From Gemmatimonadales bacterium (GTDB taxonomy: Bacteria; Gemmatimonadota; Gemmatimonadetes; Gemmatimonadales; GWC2-71-9): a stretch of 64,000 nucleotides of DNA. The notes under the pieces were generated by a model. The model was not told the origin of the DNA. It worked only from the letters and a program-made list of their open reading frames with translations, and searched no databases. Positions 41,234 through 51,103 of the stretch are shown piece by piece. Where the stretch lies: positions 1,632,001 to 1,696,000 of the forward strand of contig OZ252244.1 of assembly GCA_965249575.1 (NCBI GenBank). Direction: 5' to 3'. Position 1 is the stretch's first letter. Every line of letters starts with the position of its first letter. The position numbers and the translations under genes were made by a program.

Positions 41234-42688
41234 CTAGTCGCCCTGTGGGCCCAGGATGAGGCCTTTTCTGACCTCGTCGCTAACCTGGCTTCGAACTCTC
41301 CGCGACACGATCCAGAACAACAGTCCCAACCCGATCCCAATGAGCAGGAGCGTCCATTCGAGTGGGAACCCCCCGCGGGCGTTCACGTACGGGTCTCGCA
41401 GGGTCAGCACGAGCACGAACAGCGAACCGACGACGCCGAGGGCGGCGGTCAGGTTCCCACCCGGCACCAAGTAGGGTCGGACGTGATTCGGTCGCCGCCG
41501 TCGGAGCAGGATGACCGCCAAACAGACGAGCAGATACACGATCGAGAAGCAGATCACGGACATGTTGACGATCGGGCCGATCGCTCCGCGCCCGAGGAAC
41601 ACGCCCACACTCCCGAGCATACCGACCAGCAGCACCGCGGCGGTTGGGGAGCCGAAACCCGAATGGACGCTCGAGAAGACAGGCGGGATCATGTGGCCGC
41701 GAGACAGAGAGAACACGACCCGCGAGGCCGCGATGAAGACGGCATTCCACGTCGTGATCAGGCCGAGCATGGCCGCAATGACGATCGTCTTGGCCAGTAT
41801 CGGAGAGCCGAACGCCCGCTCGAACGCGACCACCGCCGGGAGTTGCTCGACATCGAGAAGATCTTGCCAGGGGACCACCATCGACGACGACAGGATTATG
41901 AGACAGTAGAAGATTCCGGCCGCCCCAATGGCCAACACGATCATCGTGACAGCCGTCTTGAGTGCCGTGCCGTCCGCCTTCTCCTCCATGACCTGCGGCA
42001 CGGTGTCGAACCCGGCAAGGAAAAACGGTGCCGTGATCAGCGCCGCGAACACGCCCGGCAGGATCGAGCCCGTGGCGCTCCGTTGGAAGAACGGCCGCAA
42101 GTTCTCGGTTTCTCCCCAGCCCAACCCCGCGATGATGAAAACGCTGCAGAGAATCAAAAAGACCGCCGTGAGGAGTTCCTGGACGCGCGCGGCACCCTTC
42201 ACGCCACGGTAGTTCAAGTACGTGAAGAACACCATTCCGCTGAGACCCACCAGGATCGTGCCGAGGTAGACCGGCTCGCCGGCAACGGTGTAGAGCTCGG
42301 GCCCCCTGATGCCTGGAATCAGGTTCTCGGCGAGGAGCGAGATGGAGATCGCTTCCCACGTGGTGACCGCCGTGTACACGAGAGCCAAAAGCCAGCCCGA
42401 GACGAACGCGGTCCTGGCGCCGTACGTCTCATAGGTATATGCGACCTCGCCACCCGACACCGGGAACATGCCTGCCATCTCCGCGTAGCACATCCCGATG
42501 ATGACGATGATTGCAGTGCCGGCGGCGAAGCCCACAATCGCTCCGAGCGGCCCTGCCAACTCCAACCAGTACCCCAGATAGACGACCCATCCCACCCCCA
42601 CGATGGTTCCGAATGCCAGGGCGAAGAACTGACGGGCGTCGACGGCCTTCGCGAGCTCGGCTCGCGATACGGTCGGTTCCGTGGACAT
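41234..42688 (-). CDS. APC family amino acid permease
   Basis: About 12 TM segments, GTIVGVG, YAEMA, GFD...EE, SRVVFSLSR. Confidence 0.92.
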   Translation of the reverse strand: MSTEPTVSRAELAKAVDARQFFALAFGTIVGVGWVVYLGYWLELAGPLGAIVGFAAGTAIIVIIGMCYAEMAGMFPVSGGEVAYTYETYGARTAFVSGWLLALVYTAVTTWEAISISLLAENLIPGIRGPELYTVAGEPVYLGTILVGLSGMVFFTYLNYRGVKGAARVQELLTAVFLILCSVFIIAGLGWGETENLRPFFQRSATGSILPGVFAALITAPFFLAGFDTVPQVMEEKADGTALKTAVTMIVLAIGAAGIFYCLIILSSSMVVPWQDLLDVEQLPAVVAFERAFGSPILAKTIVIAAMLGLITTWNAVFIAASRVVFSLSRGHMIPPVFSSVHSGFGSPTAAVLLVGMLGSVGVFLGRGAIGPIVNMSVICFSIVYLLVCLAVILLRRRRPNHVRPYLVPGGNLTAALGVVGSLFVLVLTLRDPYVNARGGFPLEWTLLLIGIGLGLLFWIVSRRVRSQVSDEVRKGLILGPQGD

Positions 42689-42791
42689 GTTCCTCCGAGT
42701 GCTGAGTTGAGCCTGGAGAGAGCGGTCAACTTACGCGCGCAGGCCCGGGCCGCCAGGTGGGATGGTCGGGGTACGGCGCGTCATCCGTCGG

Positions 42792-44057
42792 CTACGCGGT
42801 GGCGCCGCAGTATCGCAACGCCGCGAGGACGAGCGTTCGTGTTACGGTGACGAGATCGTCGATGGGGACATACTCGTCGGGACGGTGCGCGTTCCGAATG
42901 TCTCCGGGGCCGAACAACACGGTCGGGGTGTGCGCCACATTGACCAGGAGCCGGAGGTCAGCGCCGTACGTCATGCCTTGTACTCTGGCACTCCCTCCCC
43001 CAGCAGCGAGAAACGCGCCCGACACGGTTCGCACCAGGGGGTGATCCGGTTCGATGCCCCCCGGCTCGAACTGCGCACCCCACCACTCCACGTGCGGCCG
43101 GTGGGTTCGGAGCCATGCGTCCGCATCCGCCGCGTCGGCCACGGCCCGCTCTAGTTCCATGCGCGCCATCGCCGGATCCTCGCCGACGGCCACGCCAAAC
43201 CGGCCCTCGAACGTGAGGTCTTCGGCCACGGAGGAGGCCCACGTGCCGGCGCGCAACGTGCCGACACAGAGTGCATAGGGGAGCGCGTAGTCACTAAAGA
43301 GGGGATCCCGCACGGCGGCGTTGCGTCTCCGCTCAAGCGCCATGAGCGATTCGTAAATCGGCACGAACTTCTCGATCGCCGACACGCCCTCTTCGCGGAT
43401 GCATCCGTGCGCCGCGAGGCCAGGGACGGTCACGCGAAAGTTGAGCGCCCCAGCTTGTGCAGGTGCGACGATCAGTTCGGTGGGCTCGACCACGATGGCG
43501 CCGTCCGCGCGGTAGCCGCGCTCGATCGCGGCCAGAGTCCCTACACCTCCATCCTCCTCACCGATCACGCTCTCGATGATCAGCTTACCCGGCAACCTCA
43601 CGCCCGCGTCGTGGATCGCCTTTGCGGCGTACAGAGCGCAGCACAGCCCCCCCTTCATGTCGAGGGCGCCGCGCCCGTATACGCGTCCGTCGCTCACCGT
43701 GCCCTGCCAGGGCGGAAAACGCCAATTGGATTCATCGCCCGGGGGAACGACGTCGACGTGCCCGTTGACGATGAGGCTCCGACCACCGGTTCCGCCGCCC
43801 AGGACGCCAGCCACGCCCATGCCGTCCGCGCGCTCGACCTCGGCGCTGTAGGCCGGATGCCTTCTCAGTTCGTCGAAATCCAGGTCCCATACGTCCACTT
43901 CGAGACCGCAACGTTCCATCTGTGCGGCCACGTGCCTCTGAGCCTCCGTCTCCTCTCCGCTCAGGCTGCGCACGCCGATTAGCCGCCGCAGGTAGGCGAT
44001 CATGCCGTCGACGTCGATCGCCTCAAGCGCGCCACGTTCGGTTTCGTCAGAGATCAC
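42792..44057 (-). CDS. ArgE/DapE family deacylase (M20A)
   Basis: NGHVDVVP, GRGALDMKGG, GEED, EPT, AH.PDE. Confidence 0.92.
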   Translation of the reverse strand: MISDETERGALEAIDVDGMIAYLRRLIGVRSLSGEETEAQRHVAAQMERCGLEVDVWDLDFDELRRHPAYSAEVERADGMGVAGVLGGGTGGRSLIVNGHVDVVPPGDESNWRFPPWQGTVSDGRVYGRGALDMKGGLCCALYAAKAIHDAGVRLPGKLIIESVIGEEDGGVGTLAAIERGYRADGAIVVEPTELIVAPAQAGALNFRVTVPGLAAHGCIREEGVSAIEKFVPIYESLMALERRRNAAVRDPLFSDYALPYALCVGTLRAGTWASSVAEDLTFEGRFGVAVGEDPAMARMELERAVADAADADAWLRTHRPHVEWWGAQFEPGGIEPDHPLVRTVSGAFLAAGGGSARVQGMTYGADLRLLVNVAHTPTVLFGPGDIRNAHRPDEYVPIDDLVTVTRTLVLAALRYCGATA

Positions 44058-44101
44058 GCGTCCAGCCCGCCCTCATGTGGATTCAGCGACCCTGCTCCAG
44101 C

Positions 44102-45289
44102 TCAGCCGGTGGCAGCCAGCGCCTGCCGCAGATCGTCGATTAGGTCTCGTATATCTTCGATGCCGACCGAGTAACGAATAAGCCCCTCGGGGATGCCCAT
44201 CGCTTCACGCTCCTCTGCTGTGCATTCCACGTGCGACGTAGTCGCCGGCGGTCCGGCGACGGTTTCCACAGATCCCAGATTCGCCGCGCGATGCGCGAGG
44301 CGGAGCGCGGGGAGGAACCGTTTGACAGCCTCGAAACCGCCGTCCAAGAGAAAGCTCAGGACGCCACCGAAACCGGACATTTGACGCCTCGCGATGTCAT
44401 GGTTCTCGTGCGATGGAAGCCCGGGATAGAAAACCCTCGAGACCCCGGACGCTGATTCTAGGAATCTGGCGATCTCGAGTGCACTCTCGTTTTGCCGCTG
44501 CACGCGAAGATGAAGCGTCTTGACCCCTCGCAGCAGGAGGTACGCCGCCTCCGGATGCAGCGAGGCGCCGGTGATCTCCCGGTAATGAAACATTTGCTGG
44601 ATCAGACTCGACGAACCGCATGCGATTCCGCCCAGGGCGTCGGCGTGCCCACCGAGGAACTTCGTGGCGCTGTGCAGTACGATGTCGGCGCCCAACGCGA
44701 GGGGGCGCTGATTCACGGGTGTGGCAAAGGTATTGTCCACCACGACCAGTGCTCCGACTCGATGAGCCGCCTCGGAGAGACGCGCCAGATCGATCACCTT
44801 CACGGTCGGGTTCGTCGGGCTCTCGAGGTAGAGGAGGTCGCAGCCTTGCTCAATCTCCCGTTCGATGGCCGCGTGATCTGTGGTCTCGCATAAGGCAACA
44901 TCGACTTGGATTCGGGGGAGGAAATCCGTAAAGATGACGTTGGTGCCGCCATACGAGTCCTTGATGGATACGACACGTTTCCCCGGTGTGAGAAACGCGA
45001 AGAGGCTGGCGCTGATGGCCGCCATCCCCGTCGCAAAGCTCGTCGCGTCGTCGGCGCTCTCGAGGGTGCGTATCTTCCCCTCAAAGGCGTCGACGGTCGG
45101 ATTGGTATTCCGGCTGTAGATGTGACCCGGCTTTCGCCTGAGAGCCACGTCCAGCCACTCGTCGACGTCGTCGTAACCGAATGCCACGCTGTGTACCAGC
45201 GGAACCTGGGTGGCTCCACCCCACCCGCGAGCCGTCTCGCCGGCCCAAACGGCTTGAGTACCGAGGCCGAGGGAATGCTGCTCGGACAT
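44102..45289 (-). CDS. PLP-dependent trans-sulfuration family enzyme (cystathionine gamma-synthase/lyase-like)
   Basis: YSRNTNPT, ESPTNP, DNTFATP, SATKFLGGHAD. Confidence 0.92.
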   Translation of the reverse strand: MSEQHSLGLGTQAVWAGETARGWGGATQVPLVHSVAFGYDDVDEWLDVALRRKPGHIYSRNTNPTVDAFEGKIRTLESADDATSFATGMAAISASLFAFLTPGKRVVSIKDSYGGTNVIFTDFLPRIQVDVALCETTDHAAIEREIEQGCDLLYLESPTNPTVKVIDLARLSEAAHRVGALVVVDNTFATPVNQRPLALGADIVLHSATKFLGGHADALGGIACGSSSLIQQMFHYREITGASLHPEAAYLLLRGVKTLHLRVQRQNESALEIARFLESASGVSRVFYPGLPSHENHDIARRQMSGFGGVLSFLLDGGFEAVKRFLPALRLAHRAANLGSVETVAGPPATTSHVECTAEEREAMGIPEGLIRYSVGIEDIRDLIDDLRQALAATG

Positions 45290-45374
45290 GGGCGTCTCCA
45301 ATGCTGGGACCAGGCCGCCGTAAATCGCGAGCCACCGGTCGCCCGACGGTTAGGTATCGAGCGGAAAGGAAGAG

Positions 45375-45899
45375 ATGACAGCGATGGAGACTAACGTCAT
45401 CGGCCGCATGGGGCGAGTGATTCTTCGACCGACCACGGAGCACACCGTGGATTTTGTCGTGCGAACCGAGCACGACCCCACGAATGCCCGGTTCATATTT
45501 CAGTGGACGAGGGACGAGCATCTGGCGGCTGCCGCCGACCCAACGGTCATGCACGCGGTCATCGTGGCGGAGCCGGACGACCGCCTGGCCGGGTACGCGG
45601 TGCTTCGCGGGTTGAATGGCCCGCACCGGAGCATTGAGCTAATGCGCATTGCGATGGTGGAGCACGGGCAGGGTTTGGGACGGGAGGCCGTGAGACTCTT
45701 GAAGCAGCTCAGCTTCAAACGGTTCGGTGCTCATCGTCTCTGGCTGGACGTTATGGACCATAACGAAAGGGCCCGCGGTCTTTATCACTCCGAGGGCTTC
45801 GTCGAGGAGGGCGTTCTCAGGGATGCCATTCGGCACGGAAACCGCTTCGTGTCCCTGACCATCATGTCCATTCTCGAGAACGAATACAGGGAGGCGTGA
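45375..45899 (+). CDS. GNAT family N-acetyltransferase (RimJ/RimL-like)
   Basis: GQGLG motif A, HRLWLDV...NERA..LY...GF..EG.LR. Confidence 0.88.
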   Translation: MTAMETNVIGRMGRVILRPTTEHTVDFVVRTEHDPTNARFIFQWTRDEHLAAAADPTVMHAVIVAEPDDRLAGYAVLRGLNGPHRSIELMRIAMVEHGQGLGREAVRLLKQLSFKRFGAHRLWLDVMDHNERARGLYHSEGFVEEGVLRDAIRHGNRFVSLTIMSILENEYREA

Positions 45900-46434
45900 G
45901 AACCAGCGGGATAACCGTCTTTCTACGAGGGAATCAGGCCCCGGCTCCTGGCATCCCGCCGGGCTTGCGGATCCAGTAGACCCGCCTCCGCGAGCGCTCC
46001 GGCCATGAGCCTCAGCCGACCTACTGGGCTGTCCCAACGCCTCGAGCACGCGGGCGGGGTGATATAGTCCATGGTTGGTGCGGGCGCGCCCAGCGCCACG
46101 CATGGTCCCACGCCTAGAGCGCTTCGTCGAACTCCCCGTACCGGGCGGCAGGGCGCTGGTCACCGCCACCGGTCCGGCCGAGCCGTCCGGGACAACCCAC
46201 GCCGCGGTGACCCTCGAGCCCGCGACCGGATCGCCACAGCCCACCTCCACACCGATCCTCGTAGGGCGCGTCGGCGCCGAGCGAGGCACGACGACCGCCG
46301 ACCGCGCCTCCCGCGGCCGTGCTCGGAGTTTTTCTTTGGAATCACCTGTTTGACCATATATTGACGCCGTTCGCTCGGGCCGGGCGCCAACAATCGCGTC
46401 CAGCCCAGTACACCGATCCGTGCAAGGGCCGGTC

Positions 46435-47562
46435 ATGGCGAAAGACACCGCCGTCCAACACATCGAAGCCGCCGTAGCAGCTGGTCTGCGGTACGTCGGT
46501 GATTCGATGCCGGGCATCCGCCGCGAGCGCACAGACGGCGAGTTCAGGTACGTCGATCCCAAAGGCGACGTCATCAACGACTCGGGCGAGTTGCAGCGTA
46601 TCAAGTCGTTGGTGATTCCACCCGCCTGGACCGATGTGTGGATCTGCCCCGAGGCCAGCGGACACATCCAGGTCACGGCCCGAGATGCCAAGGGCCGGAA
46701 ACAGTACCGGTATCACCCTCGGTATCGCGAGATCCGGGACGAAACGAAATTCGGGAGGATGTTGGAGTTCAGTGATCTACTGCCAGCGATCCGTTACAGG
46801 GTTGAGCGCGACGTTTCCCGCCCCGGACTTCCGAGGGAGAAAGTCCTGGCAACCGTCGTTCGGCTGCTGGAGAAAACGCTGATCAGGGTTGGCAACGACG
46901 AGTACGCTCGGGACAACCAGTCTTTCGGACTGACGACCCTTCGCCGGCGGCACGTTCGGGTTTCAGGTTCAAAGATGCGGTTTGAATTTCGCGGGAAGAG
47001 TGGCGTGGTGCGCAGCGTCGCCATCACGGACCTCCGTCTCGCGAGAATCGTTCAGCGGTGCCAGACCCTCCCCGGCCAAGAGCTGTTCAAGTTCCTGGAC
47101 GACAACGGCAAGCGCCAGACGATCGACTCGGGCGACATCAACGACTACCTGCGCGAGATCACGGGGGAAGACGTGACGGCCAAGGACTTTCGAACGTGGG
47201 CCGGCACCATGCTGGCGGCTGCTGCGCTCCGTGACTTGGGCCCCGGCGAAGACTCGCGTGAGGTCAAATCGAACGTGGTCACGGCCGTCGACCGCGTAGC
47301 CGAACGCCTTGGAAACACCCGGGCCACGTGCAGAAAGTATTACATCCATCCAGCGCTCATCCAGGCATACGAGCGGGGGCTCGTCCCGGAAGCTCCGCCG
47401 GCTGCCGCCGGCAAACGCCGCGCGCGGCCCTCGGCCGAAATCCGCCGGGAAGAGGCGGCCGTGCTGCAGTTTCTCCAGACGCACGCCACGCCAGCGGGCG
47501 GAGGAACCGGCTCGAGCGACACACCTACGCACGAGCCTGCGGCGCCGGACACCGATCCCTAG
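46435..47562 (+). CDS. Bacterial DNA topoisomerase IB
   Basis: IPPAW, GRKQYRYH, IRVGN, FRGKSG, KDFRTW, LGNT...CRKYYIHP. Confidence 0.95.
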   Translation: MAKDTAVQHIEAAVAAGLRYVGDSMPGIRRERTDGEFRYVDPKGDVINDSGELQRIKSLVIPPAWTDVWICPEASGHIQVTARDAKGRKQYRYHPRYREIRDETKFGRMLEFSDLLPAIRYRVERDVSRPGLPREKVLATVVRLLEKTLIRVGNDEYARDNQSFGLTTLRRRHVRVSGSKMRFEFRGKSGVVRSVAITDLRLARIVQRCQTLPGQELFKFLDDNGKRQTIDSGDINDYLREITGEDVTAKDFRTWAGTMLAAAALRDLGPGEDSREVKSNVVTAVDRVAERLGNTRATCRKYYIHPALIQAYERGLVPEAPPAAAGKRRARPSAEIRREEAAVLQFLQTHATPAGGGTGSSDTPTHEPAAPDTDP

Positions 47563-47757
47563 GTCGACTTCTCCCGGTCGCGCCAACGTCACCGCAGCCT
47601 CCCTTCCAACGCGCACTTCGACGGGCTCACCGCCCTGGCCGCGGCCGCGATCGGGAGCTATCATGGCCGTCCATTGCGGCCTGCGTGACTCGGTCACGCG
47701 CGAACCGCCGACTCTCTAGACCGTCACCCAGCCGACGTGAGCGCGAGGTACCTGGCG

Positions 47758-48539
47758 ATGGCATCCTTGCTCCAGCAACTCATCGAGGAACTGAACAGCG
47801 GCAGCCTCAGGGTAATCGACCTCACGCAGCCACTGGGGCCGGATACGCCGGTCATCGGGTTGCCTCCGATTTTCGCATCCTCACCCGGCGTCTCGGTCGA
47901 GCAGATTTCCCGGTACGACGACAAGGGGCCCGGATGGTATTGGAACACCATTCGACTCGGGGAGCACACCGGGACGCATTTCGACGCGCCGATTCACTGG
48001 ATAACCGGCAAAGATTTGCCCGACAACGCTTGCAATACGATCCCGGCCAGGCGCTTCGTCGGCCCGGCCAGCGTCATCGACGTCACGCGGGAGGTCGAGG
48101 CCGACCCGGACTTCGTCCTTACACCCAAGCGGATCGAGATCGAGGAGAGGAAGAGAACGGACGCATCCCGGCCGGGGCGTGGGTGTTGATGCGAACCGGG
48201 TGGAGCAAGCGGGAATCGGCGGACGACTTCCTGAACGTCGGCGATGATGGTCCGCACACTCCGGGGTTCCACAAATCGGCATCCGAGCTCCTCGCGAACG
48301 ATCGTGACGTGCTCGGTGTCGGCGTGGAGACCGTGGGAACGGACGCCGGACAAGCGGGAACGTTCGAGCCACCGTTTCCCAATCACAGCATCATGCACGG
48401 CGCGGGGAAATTCGGGCTCGCGAGTCTTCGCAACCTCGATCGGCTCCCGGCTACGGGCGCGATCGTGATCGCCGCGCCCCTCAAGCTGGTGGACGGGAGC
48501 GGGAGTCCGGTACGGGTGCTGGCGATCGCCCCCACCTGA
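47758..48539 (+). CDS. Cyclase family (kynurenine formamidase-like) metal hydrolase; frameshift near 48150
   Basis: EHTGTHFDAP, RTGW, GVETVGTD, GSGSPVRVLA. Confidence 0.88.
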
Positions 48540-48739
48540 TCGACACGGCGCCGGACGCGTCCGCGCTGCCCGGACAGCGCGGCGACTCCCGGCACACTGC
48601 TGTTGACAATCGCCGGGGCGCCGGGGCAACTATCCAGCGCAGTAGCCGGCAGCCACTCTCAGCAGCGAGGTCCCGCCTGGCGCGACGATCGGGGAGAATA
48701 AGCCGCCGGTCTCGGCCGGGACTCGGAGCCGAGACCGCC

Positions 48740-49546
48740 GCCACCCGCATTCTGTTGATCGAGGACAACCAGAGGCACGCCAAGCTTCTTGGAGACACCC
48801 TCGACGAGGCCGGGTTGGTTCGCGGCGCACCGCAGTGCGAGCTGACGCACGAGACCCGGTTGGCCGATGGTATCACCCGACTGGCGGGCGGTGGCATCGA
48901 CCTCGTGCTGCTCGACCTCTCCCTCCCCGAAGAAGCGACCGGCCTGGAACCGCTCCTCCGCGTGCGAGAGGAAAGCCCGGACGTGCCCGTGATCGTCCTG
49001 ACCGGTGCGGCGGACGACGAGCTCGCCGGCCAAGCGCTCCAGGCAGGCGCGCAAGACTACCTCACCAAGGGGAAGCTCAATCCCGACTTGCTGGGCAGGT
49101 CCATCCGTTACGCGCAGCAGCTTGGACGCCTCGAGAAGGCCATGAAGAGCCTCTCGTTCATGGACGGCCTCACGAATCTCTACAACCGAAGAGGCTTCGT
49201 GACGCTCGCCGAGCCGCAGATCCAGCTCACGCAGCGGATTCAGGGGAAGTTCCTCACCGTGTCGGCCGACATCACCGGCCTCCACCAGATCAATGAGGAG
49301 CGGGGATTCGAGGAAGGCGAGTCGGTCTTGCGCGAAACGGCGGAGATACTCCGGCTGACCTTTCGGGACTCGGACCTCATCGCGCGCCTGGAGGGGGGGG
49401 GTACGTTCGTGGTGCTCGCCGTCGACGCACCCGAGGAAACGAGCGCGATCATCGAGAAGCGCCTCAAGCAGCACGTGGCGACCTTCAACGGGCAGACCGT
49501 TCGAGGCTACAACCTCTCGAACGCCGCACGGCCCACGCGAGCCTGA
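48740..49546 (+). CDS. Response regulator with degenerate, C-terminally truncated GGDEF domain (start uncertain)
   Basis: REC (LLIEDN, LLDLSLP, GAQDYL.K), DGLTNLYNRRGF, ARLEGGGTF in place of GGDEF. Ends after GYNLS. Confidence 0.8.
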   Translation, partial: ATRILLIEDNQRHAKLLGDTLDEAGLVRGAPQCELTHETRLADGITRLAGGGIDLVLLDLSLPEEATGLEPLLRVREESPDVPVIVLTGAADDELAGQALQAGAQDYLTKGKLNPDLLGRSIRYAQQLGRLEKAMKSLSFMDGLTNLYNRRGFVTLAEPQIQLTQRIQGKFLTVSADITGLHQINEERGFEEGESVLRETAEILRLTFRDSDLIARLEGGGTFVVLAVDAPEETSAIIEKRLKQHVATFNGQTVRGYNLSNAARPTRA

Positions 49547-49616
49547 GTTCCTGATGGATGTGTCGTCCCGCATCCTCACCTGGTTCAAGAAGCACCTGCG
49601 GAAACCAACTACGTAA
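49518..49616 (+). pseudogene. Orphan C-terminal fragment of an S9 (prolyl oligopeptidase-type) peptidase
   Basis: Manual translation RTPHGPREPEFLMDVSSRILTWFKKHLRKPTT* matches the catalytic-His loop and final W-F-x-x-H-L helix of S9 peptidases. Confidence 0.65.
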
Positions 49617-49648
49617 GTGCCCATCGGGGGCTCGGGCCGCTCCGGTGG

Positions 49649-50110
49649 CTAGACCGCCATCTCGGGCGGCACGGTCCAGCGAACGCGCCAGACTCCGGCC
49701 TGACCACCCAGGCACACGATACTTCCCGGCTGGAACGTCATCAGGCGCTGTGCGGGCTCGTCCGCCACGAGCAACGAGGCGAGCCGGCCCAGGTGGGGTA
49801 GGTGGCCCACCAGCATGACGGGCGTGGTCAGGTGCTTGACCGCCTGCTTCGTTGCGGCCGGATCGTCCTTGGGTCCGAGCCCTTCCATGTGCAATGACCC
49901 GAGCTCCGGCTCCAGGGCATCGGCGAAGATCTCCGCCGTTGCCCTCGCTCTGAGCTTGCCGGAGTGATAGATGGCCGAGACGCGCACGCCCTGGCGCTTG
50001 GACCAGTCCGCCACGCGCAGGACCTCCTTCCGACCCAAGTCCGTGAGCGGGCGGCCCGGGTCCTCGTCTTCAGCCTTCGCCTGGCCGTGCTGAACTAGGT
50101 AGAGCTCCAT
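49649..50110 (-). CDS. sixA: Phosphohistidine phosphatase SixA
   Basis: LYLVQHG.A...RPL, HSGKLRA..TA, LVGHLP. Confidence 0.88.
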   Translation of the reverse strand: MELYLVQHGQAKAEDEDPGRPLTDLGRKEVLRVADWSKRQGVRVSAIYHSGKLRARATAEIFADALEPELGSLHMEGLGPKDDPAATKQAVKHLTTPVMLVGHLPHLGRLASLLVADEPAQRLMTFQPGSIVCLGGQAGVWRVRWTVPPEMAV

Positions 50111-50212
50111 GATCTCGCTGTGATCGGGTATGAAAGCCTGAACCCCGCGCGGCCCGAGGTCAAGAGTGGCAATGGCGATTGGCAAACCGGACTCCGCCCA
50201 CTACGACACTCA

Positions 50213-51103
50213 CTACTCACCTCTCGCAACTCTAACCGTTCCGCAATGTATCTCCACGGTATCGTCTGGCCGGAGCGCGTATCCACCGGCCAGGACAACC
50301 GCGACGGGGACTTTCCGAGCGGCGAACGTCTCGAAGACGAGGCGATCGCGTTGCCACAGTCCCTCCAGCGTGAGCCCCAGCCCGCCGAGTTGATCCTCCC
50401 GGTAGGGATCGGCACCGGCCAGGTAAACCGCGAGGTCCGGCTGGAACGTCGCGAACATTCTTTCGAGGCCTTCACCGAGCCGGCTCAAGTACTCGCCATC
50501 CCCGGTTCCGTCCGGCAGGCCGATGTCCAGATCGCTCGGCGGCTTCCAAAACGGATAATTCTGCTCCTGGTGTATCGAGAACGTAAAGACTTGATCGACC
50601 TTCGCGAACACCGCGGCGGTCCCATTGCCGTGGTGGACGTCGCAGTCGATCACGGCCGCCCGCTCGATCGCCCCATCGCGGCGCAGCGTCTGGACGGCAA
50701 TGGCGACGTCATTGATGAGACAGAACCCCTCTCCATGGTCGGGGAAGGCGTGGTGAAACCCGCCCCCGAGGTGCACGGCGCGCTGGCATTCGAGCGCGAG
50801 CCTGCCGGCGAGCGTCGACCCGCTTGCGCAGGTCCACGAGGCCTCTCGCAGCTCGGGAGTGAACGGGACCTCGAGCGCCAGCAACTCCTCTGGCGTCATG
50901 GTACTGCTCTTGATCTTCTTTATGTATTCGGCGGTGTGCACGAGCCCTACGTCACCGTCACCGGCGGACTCCGGGCGATGTATGTCCGCATCGGCAACCG
51001 TCCCTTCCTCGAGCAAGCGGTCCCGCACCAAACGGTATTTAGCGGTCGGAAACACATGCGGCCCGATATCGACCTCATAGCGCTCGTGCCAGACGATGGG
51101 GAC
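50213..51103 (-). CDS. Histone deacetylase family protein (start codon missing)
   Basis: VPIVWHERY...HVFP..KY, GGFHHA, GFC, DCDVHHGNG, GADP...D, GGY. Confidence 0.9.
   Translation of the reverse strand, partial: VPIVWHERYEVDIGPHVFPTAKYRLVRDRLLEEGTVADADIHRPESAGDGDVGLVHTAEYIKKIKSSTMTPEELLALEVPFTPELREASWTCASGSTLAGRLALECQRAVHLGGGFHHAFPDHGEGFCLINDVAIAVQTLRRDGAIERAAVIDCDVHHGNGTAAVFAKVDQVFTFSIHQEQNYPFWKPPSDLDIGLPDGTGDGEYLSRLGEGLERMFATFQPDLAVYLAGADPYREDQLGGLGLTLEGLWQRDRLVFETFAARKVPVAVVLAGGYALRPDDTVEIHCGTVRVARGE

Noticed and set aside
45900..46430. Possible gene or ncRNA upstream of topoisomerase IB
   Set aside because: Only short ORFs without recognisable motifs, and no RNA structure I can support. 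It may be a decayed gene.
18945..51103. Histone-like protein and HDAC as a chromatin-like system
   Set aside because: They are 31 kb apart. Bacterial HDAC-family enzymes are widespread and have varied substrates, and nothing in the sequence links the two.
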